From Myxococcota bacterium (GTDB lineage: Bacteria > Myxococcota > XYA12-FULL-58-9 > JABJBS01), in contig JAYZAY010000067.1 in the NCBI GenBank assembly GCA_036339465.1, forward strand, positions 32,001-96,000: a stretch of 64,000 nt of DNA. The letters are read 5' to 3'. Below the pieces are notes generated by a model, which was not told the origin of the DNA, did not search any database, and saw only the letters and a program-made list of their open reading frames with translations. This document shows positions 17,614 through 27,779 of the stretch, in pieces. Both the position numbers and the translations under genes were made by a program. The number at the start of each line of letters is the position of its first letter. Within the stretch, counting starts at the first letter, position 1.

Positions 17614-18309
17614 ATGATTGAGTTTTTCCATGTCTACAAAGCCTATAAGGATGAACAGCCTGTTCTCGAAGACGTCACCTTGTCTATTAACAAGGGAGAC
17701 TTTGTTTTCATTTCCGGGCCATCGGGGGCCGGAAAGTCAACCCTCTTAAAGCTTATCTTTTATGCTGAAAAGGCATCTAGAGGTCAGCTTTACGTCAGCG
17801 GTTTTAATCTGAGTCAGCTCAAGCGCTCTTCAATTCCCTGCCTAAGAAGAAATATTGGGGTCGTCTTTCAGGACTTTCAATTACTTCCCCGACGAACTGT
17901 TCAAGACAACGTCGGGCTTACCCTGGAAATCTTGGGACTCGCTCGAAAAGAGAGACGCCGCCGAACATTCGAAATGCTTCAACAGGTAGGGCTTGGCCAC
18001 AGAATCAACCACTACCCACCGGAACTTTCTGGCGGAGAACAACAACGTGTCGCCCTAGCCAGGGCTATGATCAACGAACCACAAATCCTCATTGCCGACG
18101 AACCCACCGGAAACCTCGATTCCCAGAGAGCCAAAGAAACAATGGAGCTCCTCCGAAGCGCAAATATAAGAGGCACCACCGTACTTTGTGCCACCCACAA
18201 TGAAGCGCTGATGAAAACAATTCCAGCAAAACGAATCCAAATCGATAGAGGGCGTACCAAACTTTCCCACAATATGCCCTTGCGCTTCAACCGAATGAAG
18301 ACTGGCTAA
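17614..18309 (+). CDS. ftsE: Cell division ATP-binding protein FtsE
   Basis: GPSGAGKST, LRRNIGVVFQDF, LSGGEQQRV, ADEPTGNLD; followed by ftsX. Confidence 0.92.
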   Translation: MIEFFHVYKAYKDEQPVLEDVTLSINKGDFVFISGPSGAGKSTLLKLIFYAEKASRGQLYVSGFNLSQLKRSSIPCLRRNIGVVFQDFQLLPRRTVQDNVGLTLEILGLARKERRRRTFEMLQQVGLGHRINHYPPELSGGEQQRVALARAMINEPQILIADEPTGNLDSQRAKETMELLRSANIRGTTVLCATHNEALMKTIPAKRIQIDRGRTKLSHNMPLRFNRMKTG

Positions 18310-18311
18310 TC

Positions 18312-19226
18312 ATGATGATTGCCTCCACCGTACACTCCTTCCTAAACGGCGTTAAGTCCTTGAGGGCCTCCTGGGGTTTGGCTCTCCTAACCAGCACCAG
18401 CTTGGGTATCGCCGCATGCATGCTCGTCTGTGCCTATCAAGCCACCAATCAAATCCAAGCAACGCTTTCTGGATGGGCACAAGACATCCCGCTCTTAGTA
18501 GAACTCGCTCCAGAAACGACCCTCGGCAACAGGGATCTGGTTAGAGAAAAGATAGCATCTCTGCCAACGGTCACTCGGATCACTTACCATTCCCCGCAAG
18601 ACCTACTCACTGAACTCCGAGCTCACAGTACTCGATTAGAAGGTTTGGTCGAAAATGTCGATGCAACATCCATCCCTCCCCTGGTGGAGGTTTACACAAA
18701 CCTTCAACCTTCCGACCAAACCAACCACCAAAAGCTTAAAGAGAAACTCCATGAGATATCGTCGGTAGAATCCGTTGAAGACAGCTCAGAAACATGGAGA
18801 GAGCTCGAACAATTGTCTGAAGTGGTTTCCGGGGGGGGCATCCTTCTCTGTATCGCCCTAACAATCGCCCTGGGTTTCATGGTGTCCAACACCATACGTC
18901 TATCAATGATGAGTCGCCAAGATGAGATACATATCCAAAGCTTGGTCGGCGGCACTCCCCTTTTCATTGCCGCCCCTTATCTCTGGGAGGCCTTTATATG
19001 GAGCCTATTGGGCAGTGCAATTGCCTGCATGTTTCTTTTTGGCATAGAGTCTTTGCACATCGAGAATACCGCACTCATAAAAAATTATTTCTCTCAAGAA
19101 AAACCGTTTCAACTCCTCACAGTTTTCCACATCACCTTAGTTTTTATCTTTTGTCTCTCCCTTAGCTCCTGTGGGGCAGTAGCCACGATTGTTCGGGTGT
19201 TAAACCAAGAAATGGCACAGTCATGA
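18312..19226 (+). CDS. ftsX: Cell division permease FtsX
   Basis: VSNTIRLSMMSRQDEIHIQSLVGGT..FIAAPYLWE motif; 4-TM topology; position after ftsE. Confidence 0.88.
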   Translation: MMIASTVHSFLNGVKSLRASWGLALLTSTSLGIAACMLVCAYQATNQIQATLSGWAQDIPLLVELAPETTLGNRDLVREKIASLPTVTRITYHSPQDLLTELRAHSTRLEGLVENVDATSIPPLVEVYTNLQPSDQTNHQKLKEKLHEISSVESVEDSSETWRELEQLSEVVSGGGILLCIALTIALGFMVSNTIRLSMMSRQDEIHIQSLVGGTPLFIAAPYLWEAFIWSLLGSAIACMFLFGIESLHIENTALIKNYFSQEKPFQLLTVFHITLVFIFCLSLSSCGAVATIVRVLNQEMAQS

Positions 19227-20221
19227 CACTGCTTACAGTCTTGCTCATCGCTTGGCCCATCGCCACACCTGCCGAAAATATTTCTGACCTGTCGGAGGTT
19301 GAACGACGATTGGCCGAGCAATTAACACAAATTGAGTTCCTTGATAATAAGCTCACTTCCATCAACGAAAAACTCGCTTGGAATCTCGCCAACGACAGTA
19401 GGCTTCAGCTCGAACACAAAAATTTGCAGAAAAACTTGGGTAAACGCGCCATGGGGCTCTTTAAGGCTCCGAAACCCTCAGCACTTCTAATACTGGGCCA
19501 GAGCAAGTCATTCCATAAATTCCTGAGAACTCGTTACGTTCTGCATCACGCCAAGCGTCATGATCTAGAACAAGTTCGAGTGTTAAATCATAAGGGCGCC
19601 CAACTAAAAGAAGCCCGAAACTCCCAGGCAAAGTATCTGAAAAGAGTAAGAAGGATTCACACAAAACGCACCAGCCAAAGAAACCGTTTGGCACACATTC
19701 GTGAAATGAAACTAGAGAAAATGCGACAACTAGCCCCCGAGCAACGTGAAAAAGACTGGCAGACAAACGCCTCTAATCTCGCCGAAACATTTTCCTTCTT
19801 CCCCATATCCTCCCCCAGTGAACCGGACTCATCCCCAAAATACATCTATCCCCAACCCGTGGCCGGAACTGTTTCGTACAAAGTTGGGACTCCCCTTCTA
19901 TCCTCTCAAAACAAAAAGATAAAAAGCGACGGCACCTATTTTGACGTCCTATTTGGAAGTCCCGTTTATGCTATCTGCGCGGGTCAAGTCGAATACGCAA
20001 AGTGGCTTGATGGATACGGTTACACGGTGGTCGTGAAGTGTGGAAAACGGTACATCCTGTACGCTCATCTACGCAAACTCGATGTTTCTAACACAATGGT
20101 CATCAGCACGGGAGACAAAATCGGGGTTGTTGGAGAATCGTCTTCGCTACCCAACGGAGCATTTTACCTCGCAATTTGGTCAGAGAATCAATGGCTGCAA
20201 CCACACTTTGAAGAAAATTAA
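19223..20221 (+). CDS. envC: EnvC-like murein hydrolase activator (coiled coil + degenerate M23 domain)
   Basis: Signal peptide, coiled coil, C-terminal M23 fold (PVYAICAGQVEYAKWLDGYGYTVVV, YAHL) lacking the HxxxD and HxH zinc ligands; ftsEX context. Confidence 0.75.
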   Translation: MTLLTVLLIAWPIATPAENISDLSEVERRLAEQLTQIEFLDNKLTSINEKLAWNLANDSRLQLEHKNLQKNLGKRAMGLFKAPKPSALLILGQSKSFHKFLRTRYVLHHAKRHDLEQVRVLNHKGAQLKEARNSQAKYLKRVRRIHTKRTSQRNRLAHIREMKLEKMRQLAPEQREKDWQTNASNLAETFSFFPISSPSEPDSSPKYIYPQPVAGTVSYKVGTPLLSSQNKKIKSDGTYFDVLFGSPVYAICAGQVEYAKWLDGYGYTVVVKCGKRYILYAHLRKLDVSNTMVISTGDKIGVVGESSSLPNGAFYLAIWSENQWLQPHFEEN

Positions 20222-20226
20222 ACTTC

Positions 20227-21348
20227 ATGAATTCACCGCTCAACAAACCCGTAGCCATAACCGTTACCCTCATATTTTCAGCCCTATTCATCGGTGCCAA
20301 AAAAGCGACACCAGATTCTTTATTTGTTGGCTTGGAAGCTTTTACGGACTCAATCGCATTAATTGAAAATCATTATATTTCACCCATAGCCGGTGAAAAA
20401 CTCATCGAAGCTGCTCTGAAGGGTATCACCAAGAAACTGGACCCCTACTCAGAATACATTACGGCAGATGAGCTGAAATCCAGAAAAAAAGTGTCGTCTG
20501 GCTTTATTTATCAGGTGGGACTCGAAATAAAAAACGAAGGGAAATCCTTCTCAATCGAATCCGTTTGGCCGAATTCTTCAGCAAAAGAAGCTGGTCTAGA
20601 AATAGGTGACGAGGTGCGAGCCATCGGCGATTGCTCTCTTACTCCAGAAACATTCGAGCAATGCATTCTTGCACTAGAAGGCCCACCAAAGAGTAAGGTA
20701 ACGCTACATATACGCCCCAAGCACAGGGAACAAGCCTGGCCTTTTACCCTGAATAGACATCCGTTCTTGCGGCCCGCGGTAAAGCGGAGCCAATGCAGTA
20801 ATACCATTCCCATAATACGAATCAATGCATTTCGAGCCGGCATGGCCAATGAGCTAGCAGTAGAGCTCAATAAGCTTAGGCAATCGCCACTTCTGATCGT
20901 GGATCTTAGGGGCAATCCCGGCGGACTCCTCGACGAAGCCGTCAGGGCGGCAGACCTATTCATCGATGAAGGCACCCTCGTACGGGTTATAAGTAAACAA
21001 GGTCACCAAAAAGAAGAATATGTTGCCCATATAACCCCAACCCTTTTCAGGGGTAGGGTCGTCGTTGTGGCCGATCGAGAAACGGCATCTGCCGCTGAGG
21101 TCTTCGCGTCGGCCCTCCAGACCCACAGCTCTGGAACTCTCTTTGGCCAGCCAACCTTCGGTAAAGCGTTGGTCCAAACATTTTTTCCCCTGGTTAATGG
21201 TGGCGCACTTAAGTTATCGGTGGCTCGATATCTCACCTCTGACGACAAAGACCTATCCCAACAAGGACTCAACCCCGATGTGCTTATCGCAACCCATAAT
21301 GAAGACAGCTACTGTGATTTAATCGATGACTGGTGGAAAAATCTCTGA
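20227..21348 (+). CDS. ctpA: S41 family C-terminal processing protease (PDZ + peptidase)
   Basis: LDPYSEY, PDZ region, DLRGNPGGLL, TASAAEV (catalytic Ser), TFGKALVQ (catalytic Lys). Confidence 0.9.
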   Translation: MNSPLNKPVAITVTLIFSALFIGAKKATPDSLFVGLEAFTDSIALIENHYISPIAGEKLIEAALKGITKKLDPYSEYITADELKSRKKVSSGFIYQVGLEIKNEGKSFSIESVWPNSSAKEAGLEIGDEVRAIGDCSLTPETFEQCILALEGPPKSKVTLHIRPKHREQAWPFTLNRHPFLRPAVKRSQCSNTIPIIRINAFRAGMANELAVELNKLRQSPLLIVDLRGNPGGLLDEAVRAADLFIDEGTLVRVISKQGHQKEEYVAHITPTLFRGRVVVVADRETASAAEVFASALQTHSSGTLFGQPTFGKALVQTFFPLVNGGALKLSVARYLTSDDKDLSQQGLNPDVLIATHNEDSYCDLIDDWWKNL

Positions 21349-21388
21349 ACAGACAAAAAAGGAAATTTAGAAGCCCAAAACATTCAAT

Positions 21389-23035
21389 TCAGTTATTCGG
21401 AAGAAATCCATGGGTTAACTTGGGGCCTTGGGGCTGCGATAAACTACCATGGGGACCAAAAGCTTCTACGGAAGCTTTAAGGGAATCTAAGTCTTTATTT
21501 GTGGCCACGGTTCCCTCCTCTCTCGAGAGATGGAGAGTCTGAGTTGGAAAAGCGAATTCAACGCCCAATTCTGCCCCCAAGCGCTTGATTTCAATCAAGA
21601 CTTGATGCCTTGCCTTGAGCTCATCGGTCCAACTTGAGACTTCGAAAAAACAATAAACCATGATCTCGAGAGCAAAATCTCCAAATCCTTTAAAGTGGAC
21701 TTCATAGTAATCCTGACGAACCGCTGAATTCGCCTGAAAAATAGCCCGTACTCCCTCAACAAAAGCCTGAATTTGCTCTGCACTGGTATCATAAGTAAGC
21801 CCAAGAGTTGCAGAATAGCGCCGATACTGTCGCGCACCAAGATTGTCGATTGCTGAATCTGCAACCTTAGAATTTGGAATAGTGATAAGAGAGTTGTAGA
21901 AAGTCCTAATCTGAGTAGAGCGAAAACCGACACTTTCCACCACGCCCTCAACCCCAACAGCCTTGACCCAATCCCCAATCTGGAAAGGTCTCCCCGCAAA
22001 GATCGTCGCCGAACCAAAAAGGTTGGCAATGGTATTTTGAGCAGCCAGTGCAACGGCCAAACTCCCCACACCTAAAGTCGCAATTAAGGAATCTACATCA
22101 TAATTCAAATTCTGAAGGATAAAAACGCCCCCCACAGAGAGGATGAAAATTTTTAACGCTCGGTCAATCAGCGGCACGAACTGGTCATCGAGTTTTGTCT
22201 CAGTACTGCTGGCTCGTTCGGTAAGCCAACCAGTGACAAGATCCGTAAATCGATAAAGGGCAAGAATACCGTAAAAGGCCAATAGGAGTCTCGCCACAGA
22301 GAGAACGACCTGGTTAAACCGAACCGTAAACCCCAACCCTGGTAGCACATAAATAAAAAGGCTAAGCCCTAGAAACATTCCCAGGGGTCTTGCGCCTCTC
22401 TCAAGGATTTCTTCTGAGAAACTGAATTTCAATTTGGTCATGATGAATTTTGCTTGACCAAATATGAATCTCAAAGTGATGAACCGAACCATAAAGATTC
22501 CCAGGAGCAACAAAAGAAGGCCACTCCACTGCCATAGGGCAAACCCCATAAAGTGATTTTGCACCCATGGGGGCAACCAATGATTCCATTTGGTCATATC
22601 AAAGATCAGGATCTTCTGATGGAGGGCCGGAATATCATGAATCGTCCTACGCCCCCAAACCCATTGTTCTCCAACCATTTCCACAAAAACTTGTGGGAGG
22701 AGTGGAGAAAGGACATATTTCCCCTCGCCTTTCACGTTCTTGTACTCGAAATCCCCAGGCAAAGAGTCGACTTGGATGAAAAGTCCTTTGGCATCCAAAA
22801 CCTGAATAATTTGAGCCGCGCGTTGCGCTGCGATTTCCTCGGAAATACTTCCTTCCTTCAGAATGCAGGTCGCAGCCACCCTCGGCTCGTAATTTTCGGG
22901 CTGCAACCAATTCAGCAACGTCGTAATTGCCGCTTTAGGGGAATGGCAGGCCCCAGAGCCAGACGACGCAAAGCTTTCGGACGACGTACCAAGAGTCACA
23001 ATCATCGTGGTTAGGACAAGTACTAATCTCTTCAT
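21389..23035 (-). CDS. MscS family mechanosensitive channel with N-terminal periplasmic domain
   Basis: LAVALAAQNTIANLFGS, RPFQIGDWV, GFRSTQIRT, TIPNS, FAFPTQTL; signal peptide from ATG 23035. Confidence 0.9.
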   Translation of the reverse strand: MKRLVLVLTTMIVTLGTSSESFASSGSGACHSPKAAITTLLNWLQPENYEPRVAATCILKEGSISEEIAAQRAAQIIQVLDAKGLFIQVDSLPGDFEYKNVKGEGKYVLSPLLPQVFVEMVGEQWVWGRRTIHDIPALHQKILIFDMTKWNHWLPPWVQNHFMGFALWQWSGLLLLLLGIFMVRFITLRFIFGQAKFIMTKLKFSFSEEILERGARPLGMFLGLSLFIYVLPGLGFTVRFNQVVLSVARLLLAFYGILALYRFTDLVTGWLTERASSTETKLDDQFVPLIDRALKIFILSVGGVFILQNLNYDVDSLIATLGVGSLAVALAAQNTIANLFGSATIFAGRPFQIGDWVKAVGVEGVVESVGFRSTQIRTFYNSLITIPNSKVADSAIDNLGARQYRRYSATLGLTYDTSAEQIQAFVEGVRAIFQANSAVRQDYYEVHFKGFGDFALEIMVYCFFEVSSWTDELKARHQVLIEIKRLGAELGVEFAFPTQTLHLSREEGTVATNKDLDSLKASVEAFGPHGSLSQPQGPKLTHGFLPNN

Positions 23036-23132
23036 GGGTGAACGTGTACAACGCTCGTAAAGAGAGGGCAACGGCTACATTGAAATTGGATGAGAGGCGC
23101 TGGAGAATAGCCGTACGAGAATTGAGGGTCTC

Positions 23133-24413
23133 TTAAAACTGAACTGATTCAGTGGACTCTTCGAGGGCCAACGTTGAAGAATCGCCCGCCGAAATCACCG
23201 TGCTGACTGCATCAAAATATCCCGTTCCCACTTCGCGTTGATGCCGAGTGGCTGTATAGCCATCAACCTCAGCAGCAAATTCCTTTTCTTGTAATCTGGA
23301 ATATGCGGCCATCCCACTTTCCTTATAGCCTCTAGCAAGATCAAACATGCTCATGTTCAACGCATGAAAACCCGCGAGAGTTACAAACTGAAACTTATAG
23401 CCCATAGCCCCCAGTTCTCTCTGAAACTTCGCAATGGTCGCATCATCTAAATTCCGCTTCCAATTGAAGGATGGAGAGCAATTATAGGAAAGCATTTTAC
23501 CGGGAAATTGAGCGTGAATACCTTCAGCGAATTGTTTCGCTTCCTTCAAGCATGGTGTCGAAGTTTCACACCAGATCAAATCGCAATAGGGTGCGTAGGC
23601 CAATCCACGAGAAATCGCTTGCTCAATGCCACCCTTGATTCCAAAGAATCCCTCAGACGTGCGCTGCCCCGTTAAGAACTCGTGATCTCGCTCGTCGACG
23701 TCTGAAGTCAAGAGACGAGCGCTATCGGCATCGGTTCGCGCCATCAACAACGTTGGAACGTCGCAGACATCAGCAGCAAGTCTCGCAGCAATCAACGTAC
23801 GAACAAACTGCTTAACCGGCACCAAAACCTTGCCACCCAAGTGACCACACTTTTTCTCACTTGAAAGTTGATCTTCAAAATGCACACCCGAAGCCCCCGC
23901 TTCAATCATGCTCTTCATTAGTTCAAAAGCATTGAGGGAACCGCCAAATCCAGCCTCCGCATCTGCGACAATCGGGGCAAACCATTCTCTCGAAAGTTCA
24001 CCTTCGGCTTGTTCAATTTGGTCTGCTCGCTGAAGCGCCTGGTTAATTCGTTTAACCAGCATCGGCACACTATTGGCAGGATATAAGCTCTGGTCGGGAT
24101 ACATGTTGCCCGAAATATTTGCATCTGCCGCTACCTGCCATCCACTACAATAGATCGCTTTTAGACCCGCTCGCACTTGCTGCATTGCCTGATTGCCTGT
24201 CAAGGCTCCGAGTGCATTCACATACGCTTCGTTATGAAGAAGTTCCCACAATCGCCGAGCGCCAACATTTGCCAGGGTATATTCAATTTTCAAAGAGCCA
24301 CAAAGACTTTCCACATCCTCTTGCGAATATGGGCGTTGCACCCCAATCCAGCGCTCTACTTGGAAGGTTTGTTCATCCGTTGTGAAATCTGGGGTCGTTT
24401 TGGGCATCTGCAT
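23133..24413 (-). CDS. aceA: Isocitrate lyase
   Basis: KKCGH catalytic motif, [28 protein letters not shown]. Confidence 0.97.
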   Translation of the reverse strand: MQMPKTTPDFTTDEQTFQVERWIGVQRPYSQEDVESLCGSLKIEYTLANVGARRLWELLHNEAYVNALGALTGNQAMQQVRAGLKAIYCSGWQVAADANISGNMYPDQSLYPANSVPMLVKRINQALQRADQIEQAEGELSREWFAPIVADAEAGFGGSLNAFELMKSMIEAGASGVHFEDQLSSEKKCGHLGGKVLVPVKQFVRTLIAARLAADVCDVPTLLMARTDADSARLLTSDVDERDHEFLTGQRTSEGFFGIKGGIEQAISRGLAYAPYCDLIWCETSTPCLKEAKQFAEGIHAQFPGKMLSYNCSPSFNWKRNLDDATIAKFQRELGAMGYKFQFVTLAGFHALNMSMFDLARGYKESGMAAYSRLQEKEFAAEVDGYTATRHQREVGTGYFDAVSTVISAGDSSTLALEESTESVQF

Positions 24414-24427
24414 ATTCTATTAATCTC

Positions 24428-26062
24428 CTAGTGCAATTGCTCACCGGCTATATTGACCAGTTGCTCGTAAGCAGGAATCGTTAGGAATTCTACAAACTCG
24501 GGGGAGGTGGACAAATTTTCGAATAGTTCTGTGGCCTCTCGAAATTTTCCTGCTCTAAAATGCTCTTCACCTAGATAGCAGGATAACTTCGACAATTCCT
24601 CTTGGAGAATGGTCCGAAAAAAGTCGCGCGTAATCGGGCGCCCATCTGTCAATGAAACACCGTGGTTTAACCATTGCCAGAGTTGGGCCCTAGAAATCTC
24701 TGCAGTCGCAGCATCTTCCATAAGATTGTTCAGTGGCACACATCCGATTCCGCGGAGCCAAGACTCTAGGTACTGAAGCCCAATCGAAATATTCTCCCGA
24801 AAACCCGACTCCGTTAGAGTCCCTGTGGGTGGTTCCAAAAGGTCTTTTTCCGTAATCTCTAGATCATCTGGCCGGTACTCCAGCTGATTTGGACCCTTCA
24901 TATGTGCATCAAAAATCTCTTTTGCCACCGACACTAAACCCGGATGTGCAACCCAGGTGCCATCATGGCCTTTTTGAACCTCTCGAAGTTTATCACTGCG
25001 AACTTTGTCAAGGGCCGTCGTATTGGCACCTGGATCGTTCTTAATGGGAATTTGTGCTGCCATACCACCCATGGCATGGACCCCTCGGCGATGGCAGGTT
25101 TTAATCACCAGTTGCGTGTAGGAGTCCATGAAATGTTGGCTCATACCCACTTGAGACCGGTCGGGAATAACTCGCTCCTTGTCAGTCCGAATGGTCTTAA
25201 TATAGCTAAATATATAATCCCAACGCCCACAATTTAGACCAGAAGAGTGCCATCGTAACTCATAGAGGATTTCATCCATCTCGAAGGCAGCTGGTAAGGT
25301 CTCAATAAGAACGGTCGCGTTAATCGTGCCCTTTGGTATACTTACATACTTTTGGCTAAAGAGAAAAACATCGTTCCACAAGCGAGCCTCAAGATGACTC
25401 TCCAGCTTGGGTAAATAGAAGTAAGGACCCGTTCCATTTTGGAGAAGCCCAACAGCATTGTGAAAGAAATAGAGGCCAAAATCGAATAGGCACCCCGGGA
25501 TAGCTTGACCATCAACTCGAAAATGCTTTTCCCATAAATGTAATCCTCGCGGCCGAACCAAGAGTGTGGCTGTCTGCTCATTCAGCTTATAGTCTTTCGC
25601 CTTCACCGGATCATGGAAATCGATCTGACGAGCAACGGCGTCGAAGAGATTAATCTGACCATCCAGCATATTTTTCCAAGTGGGGGCAGAGGAATCCTCG
25701 AAGTCCGCCATAAAACAATTCGCACCTGAATTCAGCGCGTTGATAATCATCTTACGTTCAACTGGACCGGTGATCTCAACTCTGCGATCGAGTAGGTCTT
25801 CCGGTAATTTACCCACTTTCCAATCACGCTCCCGGACAGAACACGTCTGCTCCAAAAACATGGGCCGCTCCCCTGCATCAAACCTTTCCTGCCGTTTTTT
25901 ACGAGCCTCAAGCAACTCTTCGAGACGACTGGTGTAGGTACGCGCCAGTTCAGTTAAGAACTGGAGTGCTCCAGGAGTCAGGATCTCCTGGTAGCGTTCT
26001 TCCAACTCACCCAAAATTTCGACCCCTTCAGGAGCAGGTAAAGATTCCATTGTATAGCCCAT
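24428..26062 (-). CDS. aceB: Malate synthase A
   Basis: DRRVEITGP, MADFEDS, GLNCGRWDYIFS, LMEDAATAEISR. Confidence 0.97.
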   Translation of the reverse strand: MGYTMESLPAPEGVEILGELEERYQEILTPGALQFLTELARTYTSRLEELLEARKKRQERFDAGERPMFLEQTCSVRERDWKVGKLPEDLLDRRVEITGPVERKMIINALNSGANCFMADFEDSSAPTWKNMLDGQINLFDAVARQIDFHDPVKAKDYKLNEQTATLLVRPRGLHLWEKHFRVDGQAIPGCLFDFGLYFFHNAVGLLQNGTGPYFYLPKLESHLEARLWNDVFLFSQKYVSIPKGTINATVLIETLPAAFEMDEILYELRWHSSGLNCGRWDYIFSYIKTIRTDKERVIPDRSQVGMSQHFMDSYTQLVIKTCHRRGVHAMGGMAAQIPIKNDPGANTTALDKVRSDKLREVQKGHDGTWVAHPGLVSVAKEIFDAHMKGPNQLEYRPDDLEITEKDLLEPPTGTLTESGFRENISIGLQYLESWLRGIGCVPLNNLMEDAATAEISRAQLWQWLNHGVSLTDGRPITRDFFRTILQEELSKLSCYLGEEHFRAGKFREATELFENLSTSPEFVEFLTIPAYEQLVNIAGEQLH

Positions 26063-26155
26063 TGCGTTTCCTCCAATTCAAATTGACGCGGAGCGAGGTA
26101 AAACTACTGCGAATACAAGATTAATCAAGAACTCTTTTAAATACAATGCGTTATA

Positions 26156-26206
26156 GGTGTTGACACCTGTAAATGTAAAAGTGTAAAGCTGTAAATGGTT
26201 TACAAA
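26156..26206. promoter_or_regulatory. Putative RamB/ScfR operator array overlapping a TTGACA -35 element
   Basis: TGTAAA at 26168, 26174, 26182, 26190 and inverted TTTACA(AA) at 26199-26206; palindrome AGGTGT-TG-ACACCT containing TTGACA (26160-26165); lies in the divergent aceB/ramB spacer. Confidence 0.55.
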
Positions 26207-26223
26207 TCACACAGGAATTCAAT

Positions 26224-27657
26224 ATGGATGTCTCTCCTCTTGGTACGCGCCTCCGCTCTCTTCGCCGGCGACAGGGGTGGACTCAGACTAAGTTGGCAAA
26301 GACGCTCGGGATTTCTAACAGTTACCTGAATCTCATTGAGAACAATAAACGACCACTCAGTGCCCCGCTGTTGATTAAGGCGGCCCAAATCTTCCAAGTT
26401 GACCTTCAAAGCTTTGCCGCAGAAAGTGAAGGATCGCTGCTGGCAGACATCATGGAAGTCTTTGGTGACCCTGTTTTCGATGCCTATGAACTCGCTGGAG
26501 CCGAGGTACGTGAATTGGTTAATACCAACTCAAATCTCGCCCGTGCGGTGATGGGGCTTTATAGGGCCTACAGGGAAACGGTGGAATCGGCAGAGTCATT
26601 GGTATCCCAACTTACACATTCCTCCCCTGGAGTACCGGCGATACAAACCTCTCGTCTCCCCACTGAAGAAGTAAGTGATCTGATTCAACGAAATCAAAAC
26701 TTTTTTCCCGATCTTGAAGCGAGTGCCGAAGATCTACGGAAAAGAGCGCGCCTCGAAGACGAGGACCTCTTCCGAGGTTTGGTCTCATACCTACACGATG
26801 ACCATGGTATTGAAGTTCGGATTGAAAAAGTAAGCTTCATGCAAGAAGCCGTTCGACGTTTCGAGCCGAAAAAAAGAGTCCTTTATCTCTCAGAGGTTCT
26901 CCGCCGGGGTTCACGTAATTTTCAACTGGCACATCAAATAGGATTACTAACGCAAAATGAGATCTATAATAAAATATGCAAAGATGAATCCCTAACCACT
27001 GACGACTCGCGAGCCCTAGCCCGCGTCGCCTTAGCCAACTACACCGCCGGCGCAATATTGATGCCTTATCAGCCATTTATCGAGGCTGCACGGGTTGAAC
27101 GTTACGACCTTGAACTCCTTGGGCACCGCTTTCGAACCTCTTTTGAACAAGTTTGCCATCGGCTGACAAGTCTCCGTAAGAAGGGAAATGAGGGTATCCC
27201 CTTTCACCTCGTTCGCATCGATATTGCCGGTAATATATCTAAGCAATTCTCTGCATCAGGGCTGAGGTTCTCGCGCTTCAACGCCACCTGCCCTCGCTGG
27301 AATGTGCACAAGGCATTCATGACACCCGGCCTCATTCGCGTTCAAATCTCGGAGATGCCCAACAGCCAAAAGTTCTTTTGTGTGGCTCGATCACTCTCTA
27401 AAGGAGGCGGCGGGTATAAATCACAACACCACGTCCAGGCCATCGGTCTCGGATGTGAAATACGTTTCGCCCAAGAGATTGTGTATTCCGATGGCGTAGC
27501 GATCCAAAGCGAGGACGCCCAAGTTCCAGTTGGCGTCACTTGCCGGTTATGCGAACGAACCGATTGTGGGCAAAGAGCATTTCCTGCACTACTGCATCCG
27601 CTCATTATCAACGAAGATATACGAGGAGAGTCATTCTTCACCCCAGTACATTGTTAG
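26224..27657 (+). CDS. ramB: Short-chain fatty acyl-CoA regulator (ScfR/RamB family): XRE HTH + IrrE/M78-like + C-terminal Cys cluster
   Basis: LGISNSYLNLIENNKRPLS HTH, SFEQVCHRLTSL, RIDIAGNISK, CPRWNVH, CRLCERTDCGQRAFP; divergent from aceBA. Confidence 0.88.
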   Translation: MDVSPLGTRLRSLRRRQGWTQTKLAKTLGISNSYLNLIENNKRPLSAPLLIKAAQIFQVDLQSFAAESEGSLLADIMEVFGDPVFDAYELAGAEVRELVNTNSNLARAVMGLYRAYRETVESAESLVSQLTHSSPGVPAIQTSRLPTEEVSDLIQRNQNFFPDLEASAEDLRKRARLEDEDLFRGLVSYLHDDHGIEVRIEKVSFMQEAVRRFEPKKRVLYLSEVLRRGSRNFQLAHQIGLLTQNEIYNKICKDESLTTDDSRALARVALANYTAGAILMPYQPFIEAARVERYDLELLGHRFRTSFEQVCHRLTSLRKKGNEGIPFHLVRIDIAGNISKQFSASGLRFSRFNATCPRWNVHKAFMTPGLIRVQISEMPNSQKFFCVARSLSKGGGGYKSQHHVQAIGLGCEIRFAQEIVYSDGVAIQSEDAQVPVGVTCRLCERTDCGQRAFPALLHPLIINEDIRGESFFTPVHC

Positions 27658-27685
27658 ATGCCCTCGCCCCCAGCACGAAACCCAC

Positions 27686-27775
27686 CACAAAAAGTTTCTG
27701 CACAAAAAGTCTCTGTACAAAAAGTCTCTGTACAAAAAGTCTCTGCACAAAAAGTTTCTGCACAAAAAGTCTCTG
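27686..27775. repeat. 15-bp tandem repeat x6 (YACAAAAAGTYTCTG)
   Basis: Six contiguous units starting at 27686, 27701, 27716, 27731, 27746, 27761; no spacers. Confidence 0.95.
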
Positions 27776-27779
27776 GGAA

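Noticed and set aside
18831..18838. G8 homopolymer in ftsX as a phase-variation tract
   Set aside because: In frame, encodes a Gly run in a conserved division gene; no other support.
27686..27775. Repeat array as a CRISPR or as coding repeats (ORFs 27530-27844 and 27540-27854)
   Set aside because: Units are contiguous 15-mers with no spacers and no cas genes nearby; the ORFs overlap ramB and maeB and are open only because the period is a multiple of 3.
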